From positions 79,877-143,876 of the forward strand of contig JBHLOY010000006.1 of assembly GCA_048939995.1 (NCBI GenBank): a stretch of 64,000 nucleotides of DNA, given 5' to 3'. Shown here piece after piece: positions 30,384-38,979 of the stretch; within the stretch, counting starts at the first letter, position 1; every line of letters begins with the position of its first letter. The notes under the pieces were generated by a model. That model was not told the DNA's origin. It ran no database searches and saw only the letters and a list, made by a program, of their open reading frames with translations. The stretch is from Promethearchaeota archaeon. GTDB taxonomy: Archaea; Asgardarchaeota; Lokiarchaeia; Sigyniarchaeales; SOKP01. The translations under genes were made by a program, and so were the position numbers.

Positions 30384-30424
30384 CTAAATTTTATATTAAT
30401 TCTAACATAATTATTATCGATCTT

Positions 30425-30550
30425 ATGAGGAAAATTTTAATTGGTTTTGTAATATTTTTGGTAGCTTTATCATTTCTAACGATCGGAATTATTGAAGCTC
30501 AATATTCATTAATTAGTACATTTTATGAAGAAATGATTCTCATACCTTAA
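30425..30550 (+). CDS. Small 41-aa single-pass membrane protein
   Basis: Hand translation MRKILIGFVIFLVALSFLTIGIIEAQYSLISTFYEEMILIP fills the intergenic gap. Confidence 0.55.
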   Translation: MRKILIGFVIFLVALSFLTIGIIEAQYSLISTFYEEMILIP

Positions 30551-30562
30551 CCTTAATAAACT

Positions 30563-30865
30563 TTAATCATATCTCTTTATTTTTCCCGAAGAAATAGAAT
30601 CTTCTAAAAATCCTTTTTTTTGGTATAACTTCTCTTGAGATCTCCGGAATTTATTTACATCCTTATAATGTTCTTTACAGAGAAAGATTTTTTTTTGTTT
30701 ATTCTCTTTGTACTTCAGATCCGCTTTTTCTAAATACGATTTCCATTTACTTTCTGAGAGAGATCTTGTAGCTAACTCACTACAACCTATAACAGAACAT
30801 CTTTTTCCTTTGTTTGTGGTACTAGTTAAATCTCTTTTTTCTCTGAGTTCTTTTGGGAGTTTCAA
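30563..30865 (-). CDS. Hypothetical Zn-binding protein
   Basis: CSVIGC...A.RSLS ... LCKEHYK. Confidence 0.7.
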   Translation of the reverse strand: MKLPKELREKRDLTSTTNKGKRCSVIGCSELATRSLSESKWKSYLEKADLKYKENKQKKIFLCKEHYKDVNKFRRSQEKLYQKKGFLEDSISSGKIKRYD

Positions 30866-30950
30866 TTTTAAACATCTCCAAAAAAATTTTATTAGGATTG
30901 AATATTATGTTTTTTAATTAACTAACATCTTAAAATCTTTTCAAAAACTA

Positions 30951-31682
30951 ATGGATAATTTAAATTTAATTTTCAATGAGACTCTTGTAAGAAAGAAAAT
31001 TTCTGATTGTGATTCTCCTTTAAGGATTTCTCTAAAAGATACTTTTTTTACAAGTTCCGCTGTTATATTTTCTATAATTCAATATGACAATAAACCTTTT
31101 GAATTAATTCTAATACATCGTACTGAAAGAGGTTCAAGGCATCGAGGAGAAATATCTTTTCCAGGGGGCAAATTTGAACCCGATAAAGATAAAAACCTGA
31201 GAGATACAGCCCTAAGGGAAACAGAAGAGGAAATAGGAGTTCCAAGAGATAAAATAAAAATTATTGGTTGTCTTGACGATTTTCCGACAATGACAAAGTA
31301 TATAATAACACCTTTTATTGCAATTATTGACAAAAATCAGAAATTGGTAAAAGATGATCGCGAAGTTCAGAGTATCTTGAAAATTCCTATTGATTTCTTT
31401 ATTCTAAAAAAAAATTTTAAAGAACAAGCAATTAGCATTGAAAATAAAAAGTTTCCTATTTTTTATTTTAATTATTTCGATCCTACAAGTAAAAAAAATT
31501 ATACAATTTGGGGGGCTACAGCCTATATGATATCAAATTTTATTGAAAAAATATATGATTACAATATGTCAGAATTAGGATTAAATCGATTTAAACTTGA
31601 AAAAATTAAGCAATTAAAAGAATATATTAAATATAGGAATCAAATTGTTAACAAGTTTAAAGTTACAAATGATAGGAGTTAA
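30951..31682 (+). CDS. Nudix hydrolase, CoA pyrophosphatase (NudL/NUDT7-like)
   Basis: H.GEISFPGGK, TALRETEEEIG, IWGATA. Confidence 0.9.
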   Translation: MDNLNLIFNETLVRKKISDCDSPLRISLKDTFFTSSAVIFSIIQYDNKPFELILIHRTERGSRHRGEISFPGGKFEPDKDKNLRDTALRETEEEIGVPRDKIKIIGCLDDFPTMTKYIITPFIAIIDKNQKLVKDDREVQSILKIPIDFFILKKNFKEQAISIENKKFPIFYFNYFDPTSKKNYTIWGATAYMISNFIEKIYDYNMSELGLNRFKLEKIKQLKEYIKYRNQIVNKFKVTNDRS

Positions 31683-31685
31683 CCA

Positions 31686-32366
31686 GTGAACTATAACGAT
31701 TTCAGATTTCATGGGGATTTGGTTAGAAGCAAATTAAAAGATTTTAACTCACCGAAAAGACTTAAAATGCAACAAACACCATTTGTCAATTCAGCTGTAT
31801 TGCTTTTAATTCAACCAATTGAAGAGAAACCATATAATATTGTTATGATACGCCGTACAAAAAGAATGAACGATAAGCATTCAGGTGAAATGTCTTTTCC
31901 CGGAGGAAAATTCGATGCTAATTCTGATCACACCTTATTAGATACTGCTCTAAGGGAAGTTAATGAAGAAATAGGAATCTCTCGACAGAATATAATTATC
32001 TTAGGGTGCATAGATGATCATCTTACTCCTAAAGGATATATTATAACCCCTTTTGTTGGATATGTGGTCAAAGAACTTGACTTTGTTAAACAAAAAGAAG
32101 AAGTTAATGAGATTGTAAAAATTCCAATCAATTTCTTCGCAAATAAGAATAATTATAAGGAAAAAACTTATAATATAAAGGGAGATCAAATTGCCGTCGG
32201 TAAATTTAAATATAGGGCACCGAATGGCAGATTGTATGTTATTTTTGGTGCAACATCTCATATTATTGTTAACTATATAGATAGCGTATATAATGTAGGT
32301 TTGATGACCCCTGGAAGTAGAAGAATAAAATGCAACGATATAGTAGATAAAATAATTAGGAATTAG
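31686..32366 (+). CDS. Nudix hydrolase, CoA pyrophosphatase paralog
   Basis: HSGEMSFPGGK, TALREVNEEIG, IFGATS. Confidence 0.9.
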   Translation: MNYNDFRFHGDLVRSKLKDFNSPKRLKMQQTPFVNSAVLLLIQPIEEKPYNIVMIRRTKRMNDKHSGEMSFPGGKFDANSDHTLLDTALREVNEEIGISRQNIIILGCIDDHLTPKGYIITPFVGYVVKELDFVKQKEEVNEIVKIPINFFANKNNYKEKTYNIKGDQIAVGKFKYRAPNGRLYVIFGATSHIIVNYIDSVYNVGLMTPGSRRIKCNDIVDKIIRN

Positions 32367-32380
32367 AATTAAGAAATCTA

Positions 32381-33415
32381 TTAATAACTTATTCGAGGAT
32401 CTAACATGCCATATATCACATCTGTAACTAGATTAATAAGAACATAAGAAATTGTGATAAAAAATACTATCCCATTTAATACCCAATAATCACTAAGTGC
32501 AATTGATGCTGTTAATAAATCTCCTACGCCAATAAAATTGAAAGTGACTTCTGTAAGAACTGCACCAGTAAAAAGACCACCAAGATTTAATCCTACTACA
32601 GCTACTGTAGGTATTAACGCATTTTTCCGGGCATGAGTATATAACACGTTTTTTTCATCACAACCCTTAACTCTGGCAGTTCGTATATAATCTTCTTCTA
32701 GAATCTCCAACATACTTGAGCGAGTTTGTCTGGTAATATTTCCCAGCATATGGAAGGTTAAAACCAATACAGGTAAAATTAAATGATATAAATAATCTGA
32801 GATTATATAAAATTCCCCTGAAATTAAAGCATCAATTATTCTAAAGCCAGTAACACGAGCAGGATCGGAATAACTATAATTCTTATACCCAGTTATAGGG
32901 AAAAGTTTTAAAATATAACCAAAAACATATTGAAATATCAATCCTAAGAAAAATACTGGAATTGAAACTCCTAATAAGGAGAAACCTCTTACAAAGGTAT
33001 CCTTTGCTTTATTTCTATGTTTTGCTGATATTATTCCTGTTTTAATTCCAAGTGGTATTGCTATAAGCATCGAAAAAACTGCTAAATCTACAGTTCGAGG
33101 AATTCTTTGACCTATTAAATCCCATACAGGTACTCCTCGTACAACTGAAATAGAATATCCCCAATTGCCTGTAAATAAGTCTTTTAGGTATATAGCATAC
33201 TGTTCCAATATCGGTTTATCAAGTCCAAGTAACCTAAGGGCTCGTTCATAATCCTCTGGAGAAATACCTCGTTCTAACTGCCCGAGATTAGCAACATATC
33301 CTAAAACAGGATCACCAGGCATAAGCCTCGATAGTATAAAAGTTAATGTTAAAGTCCCGAACAAAATTGGAATCAAAAATATTAATCTACGAGCTATATA
33401 TCTAACTAAACTCAT
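32381..33415 (-). CDS. dppB: Peptide/nickel ABC transporter permease (DppB/OppB family)
   Basis: MPGDP, GLDKP...QY, HLILP, R.SMLE.L.EDYIRTAR.KG, LDPRI. Confidence 0.9.
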   Translation of the reverse strand: MSLVRYIARRLIFLIPILFGTLTLTFILSRLMPGDPVLGYVANLGQLERGISPEDYERALRLLGLDKPILEQYAIYLKDLFTGNWGYSISVVRGVPVWDLIGQRIPRTVDLAVFSMLIAIPLGIKTGIISAKHRNKAKDTFVRGFSLLGVSIPVFFLGLIFQYVFGYILKLFPITGYKNYSYSDPARVTGFRIIDALISGEFYIISDYLYHLILPVLVLTFHMLGNITRQTRSSMLEILEEDYIRTARVKGCDEKNVLYTHARKNALIPTVAVVGLNLGGLFTGAVLTEVTFNFIGVGDLLTASIALSDYWVLNGIVFFITISYVLINLVTDVIYGMLDPRISY

Positions 33416-33598
33416 TCAATTTTGGCTGAAATATAAATTTTTATAATTATAACTCAAAGAAGTAAACTTAAAAATTTAATCATTGAATTGATATGATATA
33501 TATGTGAAATTGATTTTAAAAGAATAGATTTTCTGTATTAAACAATAAACCATAAACCATAAATTTCTTTTAAAACCATCTACTTAATTATTTAAAGT

Positions 33599-33755
33599 GG
33601 CCCTAGACGGTCGGAATTGTTTTGAGATCATATCGATCTCCAACGATAAGTGGTCTCTGACACTGGGCTTCAAACCCAGTTATCCTGCGAAGGGATAGGA
33701 GTTCGATAACGGTTGGAAATTTACTAATCTTCGAATATCTCCTCGAGGGCCGCCA
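33599..33755 (+). tRNA. selC: tRNA-Sec (UCA) with two BHB introns (33616-33649 in D-arm, 33708-33737 in T-loop)
   Basis: 9-bp acceptor GGCCCTAGA/TCGAGGGCC with one mismatch, G73 and encoded CCA; anticodon arm ACTGGG-CT-TCA-AA-CCCAGT; long variable arm; after splicing a 7-bp D-stem with TGGT loop and a 4-bp T-stem GGAG-TTCGATT-CTCC (93 nt); adjacent to SepSecS. Confidence 0.93.
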
Positions 33756-33779
33756 TTATATCATATTTATAAATATATT

Positions 33780-35156
33780 GTGTTTTCCATGGTTGATTTT
33801 AACAATATTATTGATTTATTCGAAGACTCAAATATTCCTAAAAACATGTTGAATAGGGGGCAACTTGTTTTAAACGAGTTTTTGAATCCAATAAAAATCC
33901 TATTTGAACAAAGATCCATTCCTAAAGAACCTTGGACCGAAGAACAAATAGAATTCTTTCTTCAAACTCTTTCAAATATGGATACAGATAAAGATAAGAA
34001 TGCAGCTAGAGTTGGTGAAAGAGAGGCAAGAATAGCTTCAAAACTTCATTTAAAAACATCAGCAGGATTTTGCCATGGTGTGGGGAGAAGTGGCTTTTTA
34101 ACAGCTGCTCAACCAAAAGCACCTGGAGGCTCAATCATGTATGAGCTTTCCAACTATTTGGCTCGGAATATCTTGAAAAAATCTGGATTATCAAATGTTT
34201 CAGATGCAATTGTAGTTCCAATGTGTACCGGAATGTCATTAGCTTTAACTTTAGGGGCTTTAAGGCCAGATGGGGGTGAAGAAGATTCGGATCTCAAAAG
34301 AACTGTATTAGTTCCTCAAGTTGATCATAAATCGCTATTAAAATCGATTGACTTAATGGGTCTTAAGGCAAAAATTATTACAGGTAAAATTTTTGGAGAC
34401 GCTGTAAGAATTCCTGTTGAAGATATAAAATCTAATTCGGATGAAGACTGTTTTGCTGTTATTTCAATAACCAGTTTTTTTCCACCTCGCGAACCAGATA
34501 ACATAAAGGAAATTAGTAAATTTGCTAAGGAAAATGATCTTGTACATATTATCATTAATGCATATGGTGTTCAAAGCCCTGAATGGATGAAACTAATCCG
34601 ATCAGCAATTGATGCTGGTAGAGTCGATGCAATAATTCAATCGACAGATAAAAATTTCCTGACTCCTGTTGGTGGGGCTCTGATTGCATCACCAATTAAG
34701 GATATCATTACTAAAATTAGTCAATCTTATGCTGGACGTGCCTCCGCTACTCCGATAGTAAATTTCTTAATTTCAATGCTTTCATTAGGAATTAGTGGTT
34801 ACCAGAAATTAATTGAAGAACAGCAACAAAATCGAAAAACTCTTGAAATAAAACTTAAAGAAGTTGCAGAAAAATTTGATGAAAGGATTCTTGATATTTA
34901 TAATCCAGTAGCTGTTGCATTATCTTTAAGAAATTTAAAAAAAGATCAGTTATACGCTCTCGGAGGAGCTTTATATAATCTAAGAGTTACAGGCCCTAGA
35001 GTATATAACCCTGAAGAAAGTACCTTTGGAACTTGCTGTTCAAACTATACAACCCCTTATATTGTAATGAATGCTGCAATTGGGACAACTTCAAGCGATA
35101 TCACTCTCGCTGTTGAAAGGTTTGAAAAAGCTTATGATCAAATTATTCAGAAGTAA
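33780..35156 (+). CDS. spcS: O-phosphoseryl-tRNA(Sec) selenium transferase (SepSecS)
   Basis: MDTD..ARVGERE.R, HG.GRSG...A.QPKA.G.S, P..TGM, D.KS, NAYG.Q, QSTDKNF..PVGG, Y.GRAS. Confidence 0.96.
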   Translation: MFSMVDFNNIIDLFEDSNIPKNMLNRGQLVLNEFLNPIKILFEQRSIPKEPWTEEQIEFFLQTLSNMDTDKDKNAARVGEREARIASKLHLKTSAGFCHGVGRSGFLTAAQPKAPGGSIMYELSNYLARNILKKSGLSNVSDAIVVPMCTGMSLALTLGALRPDGGEEDSDLKRTVLVPQVDHKSLLKSIDLMGLKAKIITGKIFGDAVRIPVEDIKSNSDEDCFAVISITSFFPPREPDNIKEISKFAKENDLVHIIINAYGVQSPEWMKLIRSAIDAGRVDAIIQSTDKNFLTPVGGALIASPIKDIITKISQSYAGRASATPIVNFLISMLSLGISGYQKLIEEQQQNRKTLEIKLKEVAEKFDERILDIYNPVAVALSLRNLKKDQLYALGGALYNLRVTGPRVYNPEESTFGTCCSNYTTPYIVMNAAIGTTSSDITLAVERFEKAYDQIIQK

Positions 35157-35252
35157 AATCAGTCAAATTATTTAATTCTTCTACCCAATTAATAAAAATA
35201 AATAAAAATAAATAGAACTATATAATAATAAATACTATTAGGTTATCTAAAT

Positions 35253-35933
35253 ATGGAGAATCGACTTTTAAACCAATTTAATAATGTAATTTCTTCTCAA
35301 TGGCTATCCAAAAATATTCAAATACCGTATGAACCATTAAAATCAAAAGAATTATTCGAATTAGCATATCATTGTTGCAATTCAATAACAATGAGAAATA
35401 TTTTTATTAAATTAGCTCCCAGTGAGGATAAAGGAGGATTTCAAGCAATTTTTTATTCTAGTAGTAAAAAATTCATAAATATCGTAGCATTGGATAATGA
35501 AATAAAATTAACAAAATTCTTTCCCGAGGGTTCTACTGGAGATAAGATTATAACAGAAATTCAGCCTCTTTTAAATAAAAGAAAAGACCAATATATAAAA
35601 AAGGATAAAGATATTCAAACTCAAATACTTAAAATGATCCTAGTGGAACGCAAATTAGATGAATGTGCAAATTTAGTAATGTTAAAAGAGATAAATAGAA
35701 AAGTTTATTTCTCTATTGGGGATGCTAGAGAGAGTGCTGCTGTAATACCAATATTTATGGAAGCTGATGGAGCAAGTCTAGTACAACTAGCGCTAAACAA
35801 ATGGATGACTATAGTCCAAAATCTGGACCAAGAGAAATTTTTTCCTGATAATCTTGTTGCAGGATTACTTAAAAATCTTATGCAGATAAAAAAATGGATA
35901 TTAAATTTAATCTCAACAAATTTAGATAAATAG
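35253..35933 (+). CDS. Hypothetical protein
   Basis: 226-aa ORF; no recognised motif. Confidence 0.65.
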   Translation: MENRLLNQFNNVISSQWLSKNIQIPYEPLKSKELFELAYHCCNSITMRNIFIKLAPSEDKGGFQAIFYSSSKKFINIVALDNEIKLTKFFPEGSTGDKIITEIQPLLNKRKDQYIKKDKDIQTQILKMILVERKLDECANLVMLKEINRKVYFSIGDARESAAVIPIFMEADGASLVQLALNKWMTIVQNLDQEKFFPDNLVAGLLKNLMQIKKWILNLISTNLDK

Positions 35934-35956
35934 TGTTATTTTTCAATTTAAAAAAA

Positions 35957-36135
35957 TGGGCCATCGGGGATTTGAACCCCGGATTTCCCTTACTCATTGA
36001 TGGAATCACAATGAGACTCAGGTTTTTACTAATAACGGACAAATTATTTTGTTGTATGTCCGTTGGTCATTTATAAGACCTGCGCTTTTTGACCAAGCTT
36101 TAAAGAGCTTGTTAACCAGTCTGAGCTAATGGCCC
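35957..36135 (-). tRNA. tRNA-Ile (UAU) with three introns (~36088-36112, ~36024-36070, ~35985-36016)
   Basis: Acceptor GGGCCAT/ATGGCCC with A73; anticodon stem CAGGT/ACCTG with loop CT-TAT-AA; T-arm CGGGG-TTCAAAT-CCCCG; removing three hairpin inserts gives a 75-nt cloverleaf. Confidence 0.85.
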
Positions 36136-36314
36136 AAGACAATGATAATTCTATCTAAAGTATTTCTCCATATTTAAAAAAATATTTTTCTTACAAATTC
36201 AAAAGTTTCAAAAACATAAAAATTTTTTTATTGTTGCACTCTGTTATATTTATAATTAAAGCTTTAAAATGAATTTATTTAGAATTTAATTATATATATA
36301 AGAGTGAGAAGATT

Positions 36315-36716
36315 ATGGCTGAAATGCTTACAGATTTATTAAATTCGATTTATAAAAGAATAGCCCAATTAGGTCAAGCCATTCAAGCTCTAAATACATC
36401 CTTAGATGGACTAAATAAAAATATCGAAGAAAAAATTACCAATTTAAATGAAAAGCTAAAATCATTTGAAGAAGAAATAGATATCACTCAAACAAAACAC
36501 ATTGAAGTTTTAAGAGAAATTGGTGAAAGCACAAAATCAGAATTAATAAGCATTAAAGAGGGATTGGGTTTAGATGCTTTAAACACTTTAATAAAAAAGC
36601 TTGACGAATTTCAAAAACTATCTGGGGAGGTTTTAAATCAAGACACAGTGAATTTATTACTTTCTGAGGCTATAAATTCCGTGAAAAATTTAAAACAATC
36701 CTCTACAAAATTATAA
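36315..36716 (+). CDS. Coiled-coil hypothetical protein
   Basis: Heptad pattern; N-terminus resembles that of the next ORF. Confidence 0.7.
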   Translation: MAEMLTDLLNSIYKRIAQLGQAIQALNTSLDGLNKNIEEKITNLNEKLKSFEEEIDITQTKHIEVLREIGESTKSELISIKEGLGLDALNTLIKKLDEFQKLSGEVLNQDTVNLLLSEAINSVKNLKQSSTKL

Positions 36717-36728
36717 AATGGTGATATT

Positions 36729-37148
36729 ATGGCAGAAAATTTATTAAATGAGATGATCAATAAGATCAATCAAATAACTTCTTCGTTAGATGGCACTATT
36801 GCTCAGATTAATCAAATGAGTACATCAATTCAAGCCATGTCTCAGAAGTTTTCTGAAGAAACTATTTCTGTTAATGAAAATATCCGTCTTATAGTAGAAG
36901 TACTTAAACAATTTAGAATGAAATCTAGTGAGAGTATTCAGGAAATTGCTGATGATTTTAATGCAAAGGTTAAAGAATTATATGAAAAGAAATCATTAGA
37001 AACTATTACTGAAGAAGAAAGAAAAGCGATAGAAATAATTAGACAAGTGGCTAAAACAGTTTCTAACAACCTTTATTACGCGCAACTTTTAAATATTATT
37101 CAATCAATTAGAGAAGAAACTAATAGAATAATGAGTTGCAAGGAATAG
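36729..37148 (+). CDS. Coiled-coil hypothetical protein (probable paralog of preceding gene)
   Basis: Heptad pattern; MAENLLNEMINKINQI vs MAEMLTDLLNSIYKRI; GGTGA SD upstream. Confidence 0.7.
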   Translation: MAENLLNEMINKINQITSSLDGTIAQINQMSTSIQAMSQKFSEETISVNENIRLIVEVLKQFRMKSSESIQEIADDFNAKVKELYEKKSLETITEEERKAIEIIRQVAKTVSNNLYYAQLLNIIQSIREETNRIMSCKE

Positions 37149-37210
37149 TAAACTCTTTAAATTTAGATGATTATTATATTTTATTATTATTTTATGGAGA
37201 CTAGATAACA

Positions 37211-38113
37211 ATGCCAATCGGCAGTTTTGTAATATTATTACCGTTAGAAGCAGATTATAAAATATTAGGATATTATTTTAAAGAAGGTAAGTCAAGTTTT
37301 GAAGTGTCGAATGATCTTTTTCTAAGATTGAATTTGGATCATGGGAAAAATGAATACAATCTTTTAAAAATAAAAGATTTTCAAATTTTTTCCTATCTCT
37401 ATAAATTCAAAGGAAAATTATCTAGAAAAGCTTCAGGTACAATAATAGGTTTGTTACTGAATGAGAATGATAAACCTGAGAAATTTCGTTCTTCGCTTAA
37501 ATTGGGAGCAGAAGCAATTGAAATTATTGGATTAAATTTATTAAATTTATCGAAAGCTGAATTTAGACCTATTTTAAAAGATATTTATTATGAGCATTTA
37601 GAACCATTTATTGATATATTAAAACCAGAAGCTTTGAAATCAAGTATTATATCTATTACGAAATTCATGTTAAGTGGAGGAAAGAATGAAAGAAAAATTG
37701 CTCAAGACCTTCTAAAAAAAGTAGAAGATGGTGAACATGAAAAAATCTCTGAACATTATAATATTGCTGAAGAAGCACTAAAATCGTTAGATTACGAAAA
37801 AGCTGCAAAATTTTATAAAAAAGCTGCTGACATAGCTGAATCGTTATATGTAATAGATATCGCAGAATCCTTGAATGAAAAGGCAAATTTTTCAGAAAAA
37901 GTCCCAGAGATATCTAAACAGAGAGATAAATTAGTACAAGAGGCTAGAAATTCCTTAAAAAATGATGACTTTCATTCAGCTTATTTATCATATAAAAAAG
38001 CAAGTGAATTATCAAAAAAACTTGTAGAATTTGAAAAGGAAGAAGAGTACAGACTAAAATCTAAAGCATTAGAGGAATTCTACAAAGTAGACGAAAAATA
38101 TAGAAATAAATAA
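37211..38113 (+). CDS. Hypothetical protein: alpha/beta (longin-like?) N-domain plus helical TPR/MIT-like repeats
   Basis: Two repeats A..AL...DY..AA..YKKAA / A...L...DF..A...YKKAS. Confidence 0.6.
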   Translation: MPIGSFVILLPLEADYKILGYYFKEGKSSFEVSNDLFLRLNLDHGKNEYNLLKIKDFQIFSYLYKFKGKLSRKASGTIIGLLLNENDKPEKFRSSLKLGAEAIEIIGLNLLNLSKAEFRPILKDIYYEHLEPFIDILKPEALKSSIISITKFMLSGGKNERKIAQDLLKKVEDGEHEKISEHYNIAEEALKSLDYEKAAKFYKKAADIAESLYVIDIAESLNEKANFSEKVPEISKQRDKLVQEARNSLKNDDFHSAYLSYKKASELSKKLVEFEKEEEYRLKSKALEEFYKVDEKYRNK

Positions 38114-38117
38114 AACA

Positions 38118-38954
38118 ATGGGCAATTTGAACAAAAAAGTTATTGGCTTGATAACTGATTTTGGAACGAGGGGTTTACATTATGTTGCAACAATGAAAGC
38201 TGTAATATTAAATATTAATCGTAATGTTGATATTATAGATATAAACCATAATATTACTCCTTATAATTTATATGAAGCCTCTTTCTTAATTAAAACAACC
38301 TATAATTACTTTCCTGAAGGTTCAATTTTCATTATAGTTGTAGATCCTGGAGTCGGCTCGTTGAGAGAAATTATTGCGATTAAATTAATTTCTAACTACT
38401 TCTTTATAGGACCTAACAATGGGATCTTTACAAACGTGTTTAAAATGGATGAGATAATTGAATGTGTTAGTGTTAAAAACAAGAGCTACTTTCTTAAACC
38501 AATCTCTAATACTTTTCATGGGAGAGATATAATGGCACCTGTTGGAGCCTATATTTCCAAAAATCATAAATTAATGGAATTTGGGCCCCCATTTGACCCT
38601 AAAAATTTGGTTCGTGTTCCTTATACATATCAAGTTTTTAATTCAGATAGAAGAATAACAGCAACTATTATCTATATTGATGAATTTGGAAATAGTATCA
38701 CAAATATTCCATTGAACCAAAAAAAGATAAGTGATACTCTAATAACCTTGAAAGAAGGCGAAAAAATTAAATTATTATTTAAAAGTAAAGAATATACAGG
38801 ACCTTTTACAAGTCATTATAATAATGTGCCAAAAAGGGCAATCTTATTTTTAGAAGGATCATATGGATTATTAGAAATCTCTCTTAATCAAGGGAATGCT
38901 GCAGAAAAAATTGGATTTAATGTGGGGGATACAATAACAATAAAATTTAAATAA
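38118..38954 (+). CDS. SAM hydroxide adenosyltransferase (DUF62, chlorinase/fluorinase family)
   Basis: LITDFG, VVDPGVG..R, GPNNG, TFHGRDIMAP, ID.FGN..TN. Confidence 0.92.
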   Translation: MGNLNKKVIGLITDFGTRGLHYVATMKAVILNINRNVDIIDINHNITPYNLYEASFLIKTTYNYFPEGSIFIIVVDPGVGSLREIIAIKLISNYFFIGPNNGIFTNVFKMDEIIECVSVKNKSYFLKPISNTFHGRDIMAPVGAYISKNHKLMEFGPPFDPKNLVRVPYTYQVFNSDRRITATIIYIDEFGNSITNIPLNQKKISDTLITLKEGEKIKLLFKSKEYTGPFTSHYNNVPKRAILFLEGSYGLLEISLNQGNAAEKIGFNVGDTITIKFK

Positions 38955-38979
38955 TCAACTTATAGTTGGGTTCAAACTT

